Below are positions 35,780-44,532 of a stretch of 64,000 nucleotides of DNA, one piece after another. This DNA is from Kiritimatiellia bacterium (lineage in GTDB: Bacteria; Verrucomicrobiota; Kiritimatiellia; RFP12; UBA1067), in NCBI GenBank assembly GCA_050949565.1, contig JBMNFY010000017.1:1888001-1952000 (forward strand), read 5' to 3'. The translations under genes and the position numbers were made by a program. A model generated the notes under the pieces. It was given only the letters and a program-made list of their open reading frames with translations, did no database searches and was not told the origin of the DNA. Positions within the stretch are counted from its first letter, which is position 1, and the number at the start of each line of letters is the position of its first letter.

Positions 35780-36694
35780 ATGGCAGAGAAATGTTTCAAG
35801 GGCATGAGCGGGGCGCATGCGGCAATGTTCACGCCGTTCGATGCGAAGGGACGCGTGAACCCGGAGATGATCGCAAGGATCATGGACTACGGATATGCGA
35901 ACGGCTTGAGAGGGTTTTATCTGACGGGGACGACCGGCGAGTGGTGGTTGCTTTCCCTCGAGGAGCGCAAGCAGGTGCTCGCGGCGGCGGTGGCATCGAA
36001 TAAGGGACGCGGCAAATTGATCGCGCATGTGGGGGCGAACCGCACCGATGATTCGGTTGAACTTGCGCGATATGCGGCAGAGATCGGCATCGACTGGGTG
36101 AGTTCCATCGCACCGCAACTCTACAGGACTTCGTTTGATGCGACGCTGTACCACTACCGCAAGATCGCCGAGGCGACCGACCTGCCCTTCATGGTGTACT
36201 CGATGGGCGCGGCGCTCGTCCCGGAGCGCGACATCCGCTTCTTTGACCTGAAGAATGTGAAGGGCATCAAGTACACGGGACGCGACTACTACGCCGCGCA
36301 GCGGTTGAAGCGTGTGCTCGACAAGAGCAAGGAGACAATCTGGTTCGCCGGCTGCGACGAACAGCTTCGCTGTGGGCTCGCCCTCGGCAATGTTTTCGCG
36401 GGCGGTATCGGTACCTCCTACAACATCATCCCGAAACACATCGCGATGATCTGCGAATATGCCGCGAAGAATGATTTCCGGACGGCGGCAAAGTGGCAGG
36501 ACGAAACGAATCGCTTAATTGAGCTGATGATCGAATCAGACAACTGGAGCTACCGCAAGGCGATGATGCGGTTCATCGGTCTTGACTGCGGTCCGTACCG
36601 CAAGCCCTTTGAACCGCTGACGGCCGCGCAATACAAGGCCTTCGCGAAGCGTTTTGCCGCGCTCAACATCGTGAAGGCCGATCAGGCGATATGA
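35780..36694 (+). CDS. nanA: N-acetylneuraminate lyase / DHDPS-family aldolase
   Basis: GTTGE, IAHVGA, MVY, GIKYT (Schiff-base Lys), GCDE, GGIGTSYN. Follows a sialidase. The substrate is inferred. Confidence 0.65.
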   Translation: MAEKCFKGMSGAHAAMFTPFDAKGRVNPEMIARIMDYGYANGLRGFYLTGTTGEWWLLSLEERKQVLAAAVASNKGRGKLIAHVGANRTDDSVELARYAAEIGIDWVSSIAPQLYRTSFDATLYHYRKIAEATDLPFMVYSMGAALVPERDIRFFDLKNVKGIKYTGRDYYAAQRLKRVLDKSKETIWFAGCDEQLRCGLALGNVFAGGIGTSYNIIPKHIAMICEYAAKNDFRTAAKWQDETNRLIELMIESDNWSYRKAMMRFIGLDCGPYRKPFEPLTAAQYKAFAKRFAALNIVKADQAI

Positions 36695-36732
36695 ACGCCG
36701 AACGCCGAACACAGAAGTGAAACCCTGAAACC

Positions 36733-38064
36733 GTGAGACTTAGTGCTGAACAGATCTTCTTGGCCGGCGTGAAGCAGGTTTTGCCGGACGCCCTGATCCG
36801 TGCGCAGCTCGAGCGTGAGGCGGATCGGTTGGTGATCGCCGGGCGTGACGTGCCGCTGCCGCGTTCGCTCTACCTGCTGGCGGCGGGCAAGGCGGCGGCG
36901 CTGATGGCCAAAGCTGCGGAGGAGGTTCTGGGGGCGCTCATCACGGACGGCCATGTGGTCACCAAGTATGGGCACGGTCTGCCGTTGGAGCGGATCGCCC
37001 TCACCGAGGCGGGTCATCCCCTGCCCGACGCGGCAGGAGTGGAGGCCACGCGCCGGATGCTGGCCCTTGCGCGGCAGGCGGGCGCAGATGATTTGGTGCT
37101 CTGTCTGCTGTCGGGCGGGGCGTCGTCGCTGATGGCTGATCTGCCGGACGACGCGACCCTGGACGAACTGGCGGCGGCCAATGAGTTGCTGGTGAAGAGT
37201 GGTGCCGACATTTGGGCGATCAACTGCGTGCGCAAGCACCTTTCCGCCGTGAAGGGCGGACAACTGGCCGCTGCAGCCGCGCCCGCGAATGTGGTGAGCC
37301 TGATTCTCTCCGACGTGGTGGGTGATGACATCGGCGTGATCGCCTCCGGCCCTACAGCGCCTGACGAGAGTATCTTTGCCGATGCGCTGGCTGTGATTGG
37401 TCGTTTCCGGCTGTCGGATCGTCTGCCGGCATCGCTCTGGAACCACCTGCAACGCGGCGCGTCGGGGCTGATCCCGGAAACTCCCAAGCCGGGTGATCCG
37501 CTTTTCGACAAAGTACAGAACCGAATCATCGGCAGCAACCGTTTGGCGTTGGAGGGCGCGGCGCAAAAGGCGAACGCACTCGGCTTCGAGCCGCGCATCA
37601 TCACCGACACATTGCGAGGTGATTGTGGCGCGGTGGCGGAGTTCATTCTTCGTACCCTCGACGATCATCTGGCGTCGGAGTCGCGCCGTCCGCTCTGCCT
37701 GCTGTTCGGTGGCGAGCCCACGCTAAAGGTAGAGGGCGACGGGCTGGGCGGTCGCAACCAGCACTTGGCGCTTTTGTTGGCGACGCGGCTTCAAGGTCGG
37801 CAAGGAGTGACTCTGCTCTGTGCGGGCACCGATGGCACCGACGGCCCCACCGATGCCGCCGGCGCTGTGGTGGATGGCCGTACCTTGTTTGACGCATTAG
37901 AGAAGGGGATCGATGCTCAAGCGTATCTCGACCGTTACGACTCCTACCACTTCTTCCAGCAGGCGGGCGGCCATATTCTCACCGGCAGCACCCACACCAA
38001 CGTGATGGACATGGTGGTGGCCGTGCTGCCGCGCACGGCGCGGCAACACGGAGGTAGCATTTAG
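36733..38064 (+). CDS. Glycerate 2-kinase (DUF4147/MOFRL)
   Basis: AGKAA, EAGHPLPD, LSGGASSL, SDVVGD, GGRNQ, GTDGTDG, THTNVMD. Confidence 0.88.
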   Translation: MRLSAEQIFLAGVKQVLPDALIRAQLEREADRLVIAGRDVPLPRSLYLLAAGKAAALMAKAAEEVLGALITDGHVVTKYGHGLPLERIALTEAGHPLPDAAGVEATRRMLALARQAGADDLVLCLLSGGASSLMADLPDDATLDELAAANELLVKSGADIWAINCVRKHLSAVKGGQLAAAAAPANVVSLILSDVVGDDIGVIASGPTAPDESIFADALAVIGRFRLSDRLPASLWNHLQRGASGLIPETPKPGDPLFDKVQNRIIGSNRLALEGAAQKANALGFEPRIITDTLRGDCGAVAEFILRTLDDHLASESRRPLCLLFGGEPTLKVEGDGLGGRNQHLALLLATRLQGRQGVTLLCAGTDGTDGPTDAAGAVVDGRTLFDALEKGIDAQAYLDRYDSYHFFQQAGGHILTGSTHTNVMDMVVAVLPRTARQHGGSI

Positions 38065-38138
38065 GATTTAGGATTTAGGAGTTTTGGCGCTGCCCGGGTT
38101 TATTTTTTACTGCGGATGACGCAGATTAACGCAGAGAT

Positions 38139-38188
38139 GTGGCACGGGCATCTTGCCCGTGTTTTCATGGGCGTGACGCCCATGCCAC
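38139..38188. repeat. Core-only REP-like element (copy 5) nested among short tandem repeats
   Basis: GTGGCACGGGCATCTTGCCCGTG-tttt-CATGGGCGTGACGCCCATGCCAC without the outer inverted repeats. Confidence 0.85.
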
Positions 38189-38258
38189 TGGGAGTTTTTT
38201 GAACTGCCGGAACTGCCAGCACTGTCGGCAGGATCGGCAGTGCCGATAGTCCCAAATC

Positions 38259-39333
38259 CTAAATCTTGCTTCTCGCCTCCATATCATACGCATGCAGCGC
38301 ATCGAGCAGGGGGTCGAGTTCGCCTTCGACGACGCGGTCGAGGCTGTAGAGCGTGAGGTTGATGCGGTGGTCGGTCACGCGGTTTTGCGGGAAGTTGTAG
38401 GTGCGGATGCGCTGGCTGCGGTCGCCTGAGCCGCGCAGGTCGAGGCGCGTCTTGCCGAGTTCGGCTTCTTCGGCCTGACGGCGCTGGTCAAGGATGCGCG
38501 ACCGCAGGACGGCCATGGCCTTTTCCTTGTTGCGGTGCTGCGAGCGTTCATCCTGGCATTGCGCCACCAGCCCAGTCGGCAGGTGGGTGATACGGATGGC
38601 GGAGTAGGTGGTGTTGACGCCTTGACCGCCGTGACCGCCGGCGCAGAAAATATCGACACGCAGGTCGCTTTCGGGGATGTCGAGTTCGTCATCCTCGTCA
38701 GCTTCGGGGAAGACAATCAGCGTGGCCGCTGAAGTGTGGATGCGGCCCTGAGCTTCCGTTTCCGGTACGCGTTGTACGCGGTGGCCGCCGCTCTCGAATT
38801 TGAAGGTGCCGTACGCGCCGTCGCCCACGACCGTGAAGACGATCTCTTTGTAACCGCCCAACTCGGTGCCGCTGGCATCAATGATCGAGATCTTCCAGCC
38901 TTTGGCGTCGCAGTACTTAGAGTACATACGGAAGAGCACGGCAGCAAACAGCGCCGCCTCCTCGCCGCCGGTTCCGGCGCGGATTTCGAAAACCGCGTTC
39001 CGCGCGTCTGTCGGATCGGGGGGGATCAGACCGGCCAAGACCTGACGCTCGGCTTCAGGTAGCGCGGCCTCGATGCGTTCAAGCTCCTCCTGCGCCATGG
39101 CGGCCAGTTCGGGATCGCCGTCAGGGATCGCTGGCCAGTTCGCGGTTGCCTTCCTGCTCGTCCAGCAAGCGGAAGTAAGCGTTCGCGGTGCTCTCCAACT
39201 TACGCAGCGCCGCATGCTCGCGCATCTTCTCGCGATACGCCTTGGGGTTGCCGAGCACGGCAGGGTCCGACAAGTCCGCCTCCACGGCTTGGAGCTTGTC
39301 CAGTACACGCTGAATATGCGACCTATCGATCAT
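38259..39333 (-). CDS. prfA: Peptide chain release factor 1, with a +1 frameshift at about 39121-39126
   Basis: [14 protein letters not shown] (PxT) anticodon motif, [22 protein letters not shown]. The 5' part is in ORF 39121-39345. Lies downstream of rpmE. Confidence 0.92.
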
Positions 39334-39405
39334 GGCAATACACAAAACGGGCCGGAGGAGCCTTCGCCGTACGGCGGCACCCCCGACCCGTTGTTGTGAA
39401 AACAG

Positions 39406-39612
39406 CTACGCCTTCTTGATGTTGTAGCGCCGCATGAACAGGTCAACACGACCCTCGGTGTCCAGCATGGTCTGCTGGCCCGTGTAGTAGGGATGGCAAG
39501 CCGAGCAGGTGTTGACATTCATTGTTTTCGTGGTCGACCGCGTATTGATCACATTGCCGCAAGCGCAGCTAATCGTCGCGTCACCATAATTTGGGTGGAT
39601 ATCCTTCTTCAT
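39406..39612 (-). CDS. rpmE: 50S ribosomal protein L31 (Zn-binding type)
   Basis: MKKDIHPNY...CACG...CSACHPYYTG...GRVDLFMRRY. Confidence 0.95.
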   Translation of the reverse strand: MKKDIHPNYGDATISCACGNVINTRSTTKTMNVNTCSACHPYYTGQQTMLDTEGRVDLFMRRYNIKKA

Positions 39613-39798
39613 AAAACAAAGCCTTTCCGTGAACGGAACGCCCAATTTAGCGTATTTCGCACATACCCCGCAAGGGGAAAGTTTTTTTATTCCGGCTTCC
39701 GGCTTCCCGCCTCTGTCTCCTCCCGCAATGAGTTGCTCCCTGATGGACGAGCGATGTGGTGAAAACGTCCGCCTCCCGCGCTCTTGCACTATTCGCTG

Positions 39799-40572
39799 TC
39801 ACTGTTTCCTCTTACGGAGACCACGCCACAGGAGGAGGGCGGCGAGAACGCCCCCGCCGACAGCGAGCAGAACGGCAGGGCAAAGAGGACATGAGGGAAG
39901 AGAATCCGCTGATGGATTTTCTGCAACGGGCGGGGCATTGGTATGCGCTGGAGTTGCGGGAACGGTCAACTTTTGCGATACGGCCTTGACAGAAGAAGTG
40001 ATGGCGACAGATGTGAGAGGCGGCTCTGAATCAGTCGGAGAAGCGTTCAAAAGTTTCCATATCCCTTTGCGTTCAGCCTGAGCTTGCCTCTGAGCCTCTT
40101 CCATTTTTTGTACGGAAATACCCCTCGACATAAAACGTCCCGTCCACCTTGCCATCCCGTCTCTTACCATAATGAGATTGACGCAATCGTCATCGGTGTA
40201 TCGCATATCATTATCTCTCATAAAAAAGATGCAAGCACCGTGTGATACGTCGCCCTCCAACTCCTCAAGAAAATGTAATTTTTTGTTCAAAACCAGTTCG
40301 CTCAGCCGCTTGCATGATTCGACACCGAAAGAGTTTGTTCGTTCTGGTGCCACAATACCATCAAGTCGGACAATATACGGGGGAATCGTGTGTCGCCATC
40401 GTCCAAATTGTCGGTCAGCGATGACAACACTGTTTCCATCAATGACATTTGTGACAGTTGCGAAATACCCCATACGCGCAACCGCAGGCTGGCAATTAAG
40501 AAAACCTAACGTAATCACTACGATCTGCCGTATATGTAGTGACACACGAACACGGAACTTGTCTTTTTTCAC
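39799..40572 (-). CDS. Thermonuclease (SNase)-like secreted protein with C-terminal membrane anchor; catalytic site degenerate
   Basis: VTNVIDGNS, VRLDGIVAPE, VNLIMVRDGMA, EEAQRQAQAERKGIW, then a P/S/T linker, a TM segment and an RKRK tail. Confidence 0.7.
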   Translation of the reverse strand: MKKDKFRVRVSLHIRQIVVITLGFLNCQPAVARMGYFATVTNVIDGNSVVIADRQFGRWRHTIPPYIVRLDGIVAPERTNSFGVESCKRLSELVLNKKLHFLEELEGDVSHGACIFFMRDNDMRYTDDDCVNLIMVRDGMARWTGRFMSRGISVQKMEEAQRQAQAERKGIWKLLNASPTDSEPPLTSVAITSSVKAVSQKLTVPATPAHTNAPPVAENPSADSLPSCPLCPAVLLAVGGGVLAALLLWRGLRKRKQ

Positions 40573-40696
40573 TCGGTTACTCCTCTCTCAATGCGTCGGT
40601 AATCTGACCATCGGCGGCAAATCCATAGCCGTCGCTTCCCAGCAAGACAATCTCGCCTTTACGAGTGACAAACAGTTGAATTTGACTTTTTCCCCA

Positions 40697-41731
40697 TCAT
40701 GTGAAATTCGCGCCGACGATCTCGCCCGTGACAGCATCGACATAAATCCACACATATTGGGGATTGTTGCCATGTTCACCCGTCTTCCCGGTATGAACAT
40801 CCACGGTTACAAAATGGACCATCCAGCACAATCTAGTTTCCGTTGGAGGTCTATCTCGTATCCAGACAGCACGCTTGGGGTCCAACGCCCAATTAGGAAG
40901 ATAAACGCGCAAAGCAATTTCCTCCACCGTACGCACCTTGTAATCCGAATGGCCGTTGCGCGCACGAAACATCGGGGTTTTGAACACGAGAGGTGCGGCC
41001 CGTTCGGCTTTTGTGAGCGCCTCTTCGCGTGTAAGCTTCACATCAGTTGACTTGGGAAGAGGCCAATAGTCTTGCATGTGAAATCGCAGGAACCCATATC
41101 GTTCGTTGAAGATAACACTGACAAACTGAACATACGGCTCCATTACCGTATCGTATGCGTGTCCGCCAGCCGTTGGCTCCCATGTAATAGTCCAAGAATG
41201 CTTATAATAAGGGTCGTTGAAAATACAGGAGGTCAGTATCACGTTGCTCGACAGTGGTATACCGATGAGTTCCAGATAACGTTTGGCCTCACGAACCGCC
41301 TCTGTCATCGTCAACGTCGGAACTTTTTGAACTGCGTTTGTATTCACAAAGTCAATCAGTTTTTTGTTATATATCCGGCATGGGGTCAGTGTGTGCCGGT
41401 TGAATGAAAGATTGAGTTGGCCCTCTGCGGTTACGGTCTCGCCCTCATAATCAGAACGTATCTCATATCCGCTGGGAGCGCCTCCACCCCGGAACGGCTG
41501 CCGGTATTCTTCGTAACCCGGAACATTGGTAGACACCAGTTTGGATGCATATATCCGATAGAGGTTGGTGACGGCGGCCCAATCCGTTTGTTGCCAGGCA
41601 CGTTTTTCAGAAGCACAGGCAGCCTTTTCTTGTGCACGCACACGGGAAAATGACAGCACCGATAAAATAGCGAAAACAGAAATGAATGAGAGTGATATGA
41701 CGCAAGAGGCGAAAAGAACATTTGATTTCAT
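40697..41731 (-). CDS. Secreted PepSY-like domain protein (putative immunity / protease inhibitor)
   Basis: Hydrophobic N-terminus, TMTEAVREAKRYL, LTREEALTKAE, YVWIYVDAVTGEIVG. Low GC. Confidence 0.55.
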   Translation of the reverse strand: MKSNVLFASCVISLSFISVFAILSVLSFSRVRAQEKAACASEKRAWQQTDWAAVTNLYRIYASKLVSTNVPGYEEYRQPFRGGGAPSGYEIRSDYEGETVTAEGQLNLSFNRHTLTPCRIYNKKLIDFVNTNAVQKVPTLTMTEAVREAKRYLELIGIPLSSNVILTSCIFNDPYYKHSWTITWEPTAGGHAYDTVMEPYVQFVSVIFNERYGFLRFHMQDYWPLPKSTDVKLTREEALTKAERAAPLVFKTPMFRARNGHSDYKVRTVEEIALRVYLPNWALDPKRAVWIRDRPPTETRLCWMVHFVTVDVHTGKTGEHGNNPQYVWIYVDAVTGEIVGANFT

Positions 41732-41854
41732 TGTCCATTCACTCCTTTCCGATCATCAACGTCGCCGAAGAGGCGCACGCGTAGCACCGTGAACGCATTA
41801 GCCACGCGATGGATATGATCGTTCTTGCCCGTCCACTCCTCTCCAAGGAAGAGC

Positions 41855-42727
41855 CTATTTGCCATCGCACCCGCGCAGTCTGCGTTCCCATTCGGGCACC
41901 TCGTCCCTGTGCTTGTAGAACGAGCGCAATGTCTTTTCTGACATCCCGCCGGGCGGTTGATTCGTTTTCATGATCGCCAAGAAATCCGCCTCGTCCTTCG
42001 CCCCGCGCATGGCTGCGGCAAGCGGCAGGAATATCTGCTGAGCCCCGCCCCACAAGCCGGAGCGGCTCGGCCCACCGCCTTCCAGCATGTAATAATCCCC
42101 GTTCGACAGGCCCCTCACGAAGATTTCAGCGGTCTTATCAATGAACGACTCGGCCTGCTCTTTTGTAATGTTCAATTCACCTCGGGGGGGAGGGGGGGAA
42201 ATATTATACCGTTCCCCATCTATCCAGATCAAAGTAACACGCCTGGGGTCCTGCGGGTCGGGTTTTGCCTCTTTAACGCATGGAAGCCCTTTATAGATAT
42301 TGGCCATCATTTCATTCCCAACAAGATCTCCATGTTTAGACACTAGATATTGCCGAGTATCTGAAATATATGCGATATAATCTTTGTCATATGGCGTGGT
42401 ATTAGTCGTAATGGTCGACGGTATCGAGGGCATTTTTTTCGGTGGTGGCGGCGTCGTTTTCTTTCTCGGGGGCCATTGGAGTGCCCAGACGATCTGGTGA
42501 TTGTTAACAAAGACTAGACCCTCCTTGCGCGAAACGACATAAGGCGGAGGAATGTAACGCCCGTCGACAAACAAGACGCCGCTGGAGATCGGTGCCCATT
42601 TCCGTTCTCCGATGGACAGGTCATTTGTCCCTCCAGGGCATTGACCTTCAGCCCGGACGCACACAACGCTGCCGATGAAACAGCAGACGATGCCCCTGAT
42701 AAAAACGGTTTGTTTTTTCATAATCAT
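41855..42727 (-). CDS. Putative immunity protein family B, paralog 4
   Basis: Signal peptide, GxxFVDGxYIPPPYVVSR, and shared C-terminus MKTNQPPGGMSEK...EVPEWERRLRGCD. Confidence 0.6.
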   Translation of the reverse strand: MIMKKQTVFIRGIVCCFIGSVVCVRAEGQCPGGTNDLSIGERKWAPISSGVLFVDGRYIPPPYVVSRKEGLVFVNNHQIVWALQWPPRKKTTPPPPKKMPSIPSTITTNTTPYDKDYIAYISDTRQYLVSKHGDLVGNEMMANIYKGLPCVKEAKPDPQDPRRVTLIWIDGERYNISPPPPRGELNITKEQAESFIDKTAEIFVRGLSNGDYYMLEGGGPSRSGLWGGAQQIFLPLAAAMRGAKDEADFLAIMKTNQPPGGMSEKTLRSFYKHRDEVPEWERRLRGCDGK

Positions 42728-42763
42728 TCCCCATTCTGGCCATGCGCCGATCCAAGGAAGAGC

Positions 42764-43633
42764 CTATTTATCATCGCACCCGCGCAGTCTGCGTTCCCAT
42801 TCGGGCACCTCGTCCTTGTACTTGTAGAACGAGCGCAATGTCTTTTCTGACATTCCGCCGGGCGGTTGATTCGTTTTCATGATCGCCAAGAAATCCGCCT
42901 CGTCCTTCGCCCCGCGCATGGCTGCGGCAAGCGGCAGGAATATCTGCTGAGCCCCGCCCCACAAGCCGGAGCGGCTCGGCCCACCGCCTTCCAGCATGTA
43001 ATAATCCCCATTCGACAGCCCTTTTACGAAGATTTCAGCGGTCTTATCAATGAACGACTCGGCCTGTTCTTTCGTCAGGTCGATTTCTTTGCGCTTGGGA
43101 GGGACTTGTATGATACCACCCCTTGAACCGTCGGCCCACACAACTTCTATTGTGTTGGGACTGGTTACATCGCGTACGGCGGTTTTGATACACGGTAGCC
43201 GCCGGTAAACATCGACCATCAGATCGATGCCTTTTTCACTCCCGAATTTTGCGAATAGAAACTGTCGGACATTCGAGATATAGGTGAGGTAGTCTTTATC
43301 ATAGCGTGTTGTTTGTTTCGTGATTGATGTCGGCATGACGGGTTCCGTTTCAGGCGGTGGTGGAGGCGGCATTCTTTTCTTTGGCGGCCATTGGAGTGCC
43401 CAAGCGATATCATGCCCATTGACGAAAACATCCCCCTCCTTGCGCGAAACGACATAAGGCGGAGGAATGTAACGCCCGTCGACAAACAAGACGCCGTTGG
43501 AGATCGGTGCCCACGCCCGCTCTCCGATGGACAGGTCGTTTGTCCCTCCAGGGCATTGACCTTCAGCCCGGACGTACACAACGCTGCCGATGAAACAGCA
43601 GACGATAAAAACGGTTTGTTTTTTCATAATCAT
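42764..43633 (-). CDS. Putative immunity protein family B, paralog 3
   Basis: Ends near-identical to 41855-42727 with a divergent core. Confidence 0.6.
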   Translation of the reverse strand: MIMKKQTVFIVCCFIGSVVYVRAEGQCPGGTNDLSIGERAWAPISNGVLFVDGRYIPPPYVVSRKEGDVFVNGHDIAWALQWPPKKRMPPPPPPETEPVMPTSITKQTTRYDKDYLTYISNVRQFLFAKFGSEKGIDLMVDVYRRLPCIKTAVRDVTSPNTIEVVWADGSRGGIIQVPPKRKEIDLTKEQAESFIDKTAEIFVKGLSNGDYYMLEGGGPSRSGLWGGAQQIFLPLAAAMRGAKDEADFLAIMKTNQPPGGMSEKTLRSFYKYKDEVPEWERRLRGCDDK

Positions 43634-43669
43634 TCCCCATTCTGGCCATGCGCCGATCCAAGGAAGAGC

Positions 43670-44521
43670 CTATTTGCCATCGCACCCGCGCAGTCTGCGT
43701 TCCCATTCGGGCACCTCGTCCTTGTACTTGTAGAACGAGCGCAATGTCTTTTCTGACATTCCGCCGGGCGGTTGATTCGTTTTCATTACAGAAAGAAAAT
43801 CTGCCTCGTCTTTGGCAGAGCGCAATGCGTTTGCCAGTGGTTCAAGTGTGCGCGCGAAACTCTCCTGCGTTCCTCTCCGCTTGGCACTGCCGAACATAAA
43901 ATAGTTTGTGGCTTTTAACCCCTCAGCGTAGATTTCGCAGACACCGTCAAGCAGCTTGACCGCCTGATCGGGCGTGATGTCAACAGGCTTTCGCATCAGT
44001 GGAACTTGGCCTATGTGAGATACCCTTCCTGATCGCCATTTTACAGAAATTGTATTTGGACTCTCCGCATCTCTCGTAGCTGACACAATGCAGGGTAGGG
44101 ATTTGTAGGCATCTACCATCAAATTCATCCCCTCCTCTTGTCCGTATTCGTGAAACAGATAGCGTCGCTTTTCATGAATATAGCGTATAAAATCTTTGTC
44201 GTATTGGGTTGTCTTCTCTGTAATCGTTTCCGGCACAACAGGATCTGTTAAAAAAACATCCGGTCGCGCTTCTTGCATATTTTGTGTATGCCAAGGCAAC
44301 GGCGACTCGATATGCCGCCCATTTATATAGATGCCATTGCCAATGCGCGAGACCACATAGGGTGGCGGCAAAAACTCTCCCTCAACGAACACCAACCCAT
44401 TTGATACGGCTGGCCAAGTCCTTGTCCCTAGCGACAGGTCGGGCTCCTGCCCGACCGAACTTCCCGCGCTCAGGTACGCATTCAGGAGTAAAACCGCAAA
44501 GAGCCCACATTTCGTTTTCAT
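43670..44521 (-). CDS. Putative immunity protein family B, paralog 2
   Basis: Signal peptide and DNA blocks near-identical to 44533-45384. Confidence 0.6.
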   Translation of the reverse strand: MKTKCGLFAVLLLNAYLSAGSSVGQEPDLSLGTRTWPAVSNGLVFVEGEFLPPPYVVSRIGNGIYINGRHIESPLPWHTQNMQEARPDVFLTDPVVPETITEKTTQYDKDFIRYIHEKRRYLFHEYGQEEGMNLMVDAYKSLPCIVSATRDAESPNTISVKWRSGRVSHIGQVPLMRKPVDITPDQAVKLLDGVCEIYAEGLKATNYFMFGSAKRRGTQESFARTLEPLANALRSAKDEADFLSVMKTNQPPGGMSEKTLRSFYKYKDEVPEWERRLRGCDGK

Positions 44522-44532
44522 AGAGGAAGGAC

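Larger units (their letters stand above)
29426..35953. repeat. 3264-bp tandem duplication (29426-32689 / 32690-35953)
   Basis: Constant 3264 offset between ORFs (30370/33634, 29619/32883, 32516/35780). Junction reads TGGCTGCTC-T-GCGGACAGATG. Confidence 0.93.

Noticed and set aside
39613-39798. tRNA or att site at the island's left border
   Set aside because: No cloverleaf or matching direct repeat was found. This is probably the rpmE promoter region.
42728-42763. Spacer peptide PWIGAWPEW resembling the orphan's tail SWPAGWQEW
   Set aside because: Too short, and in frame with the downstream gene without a stop. It could be chance.
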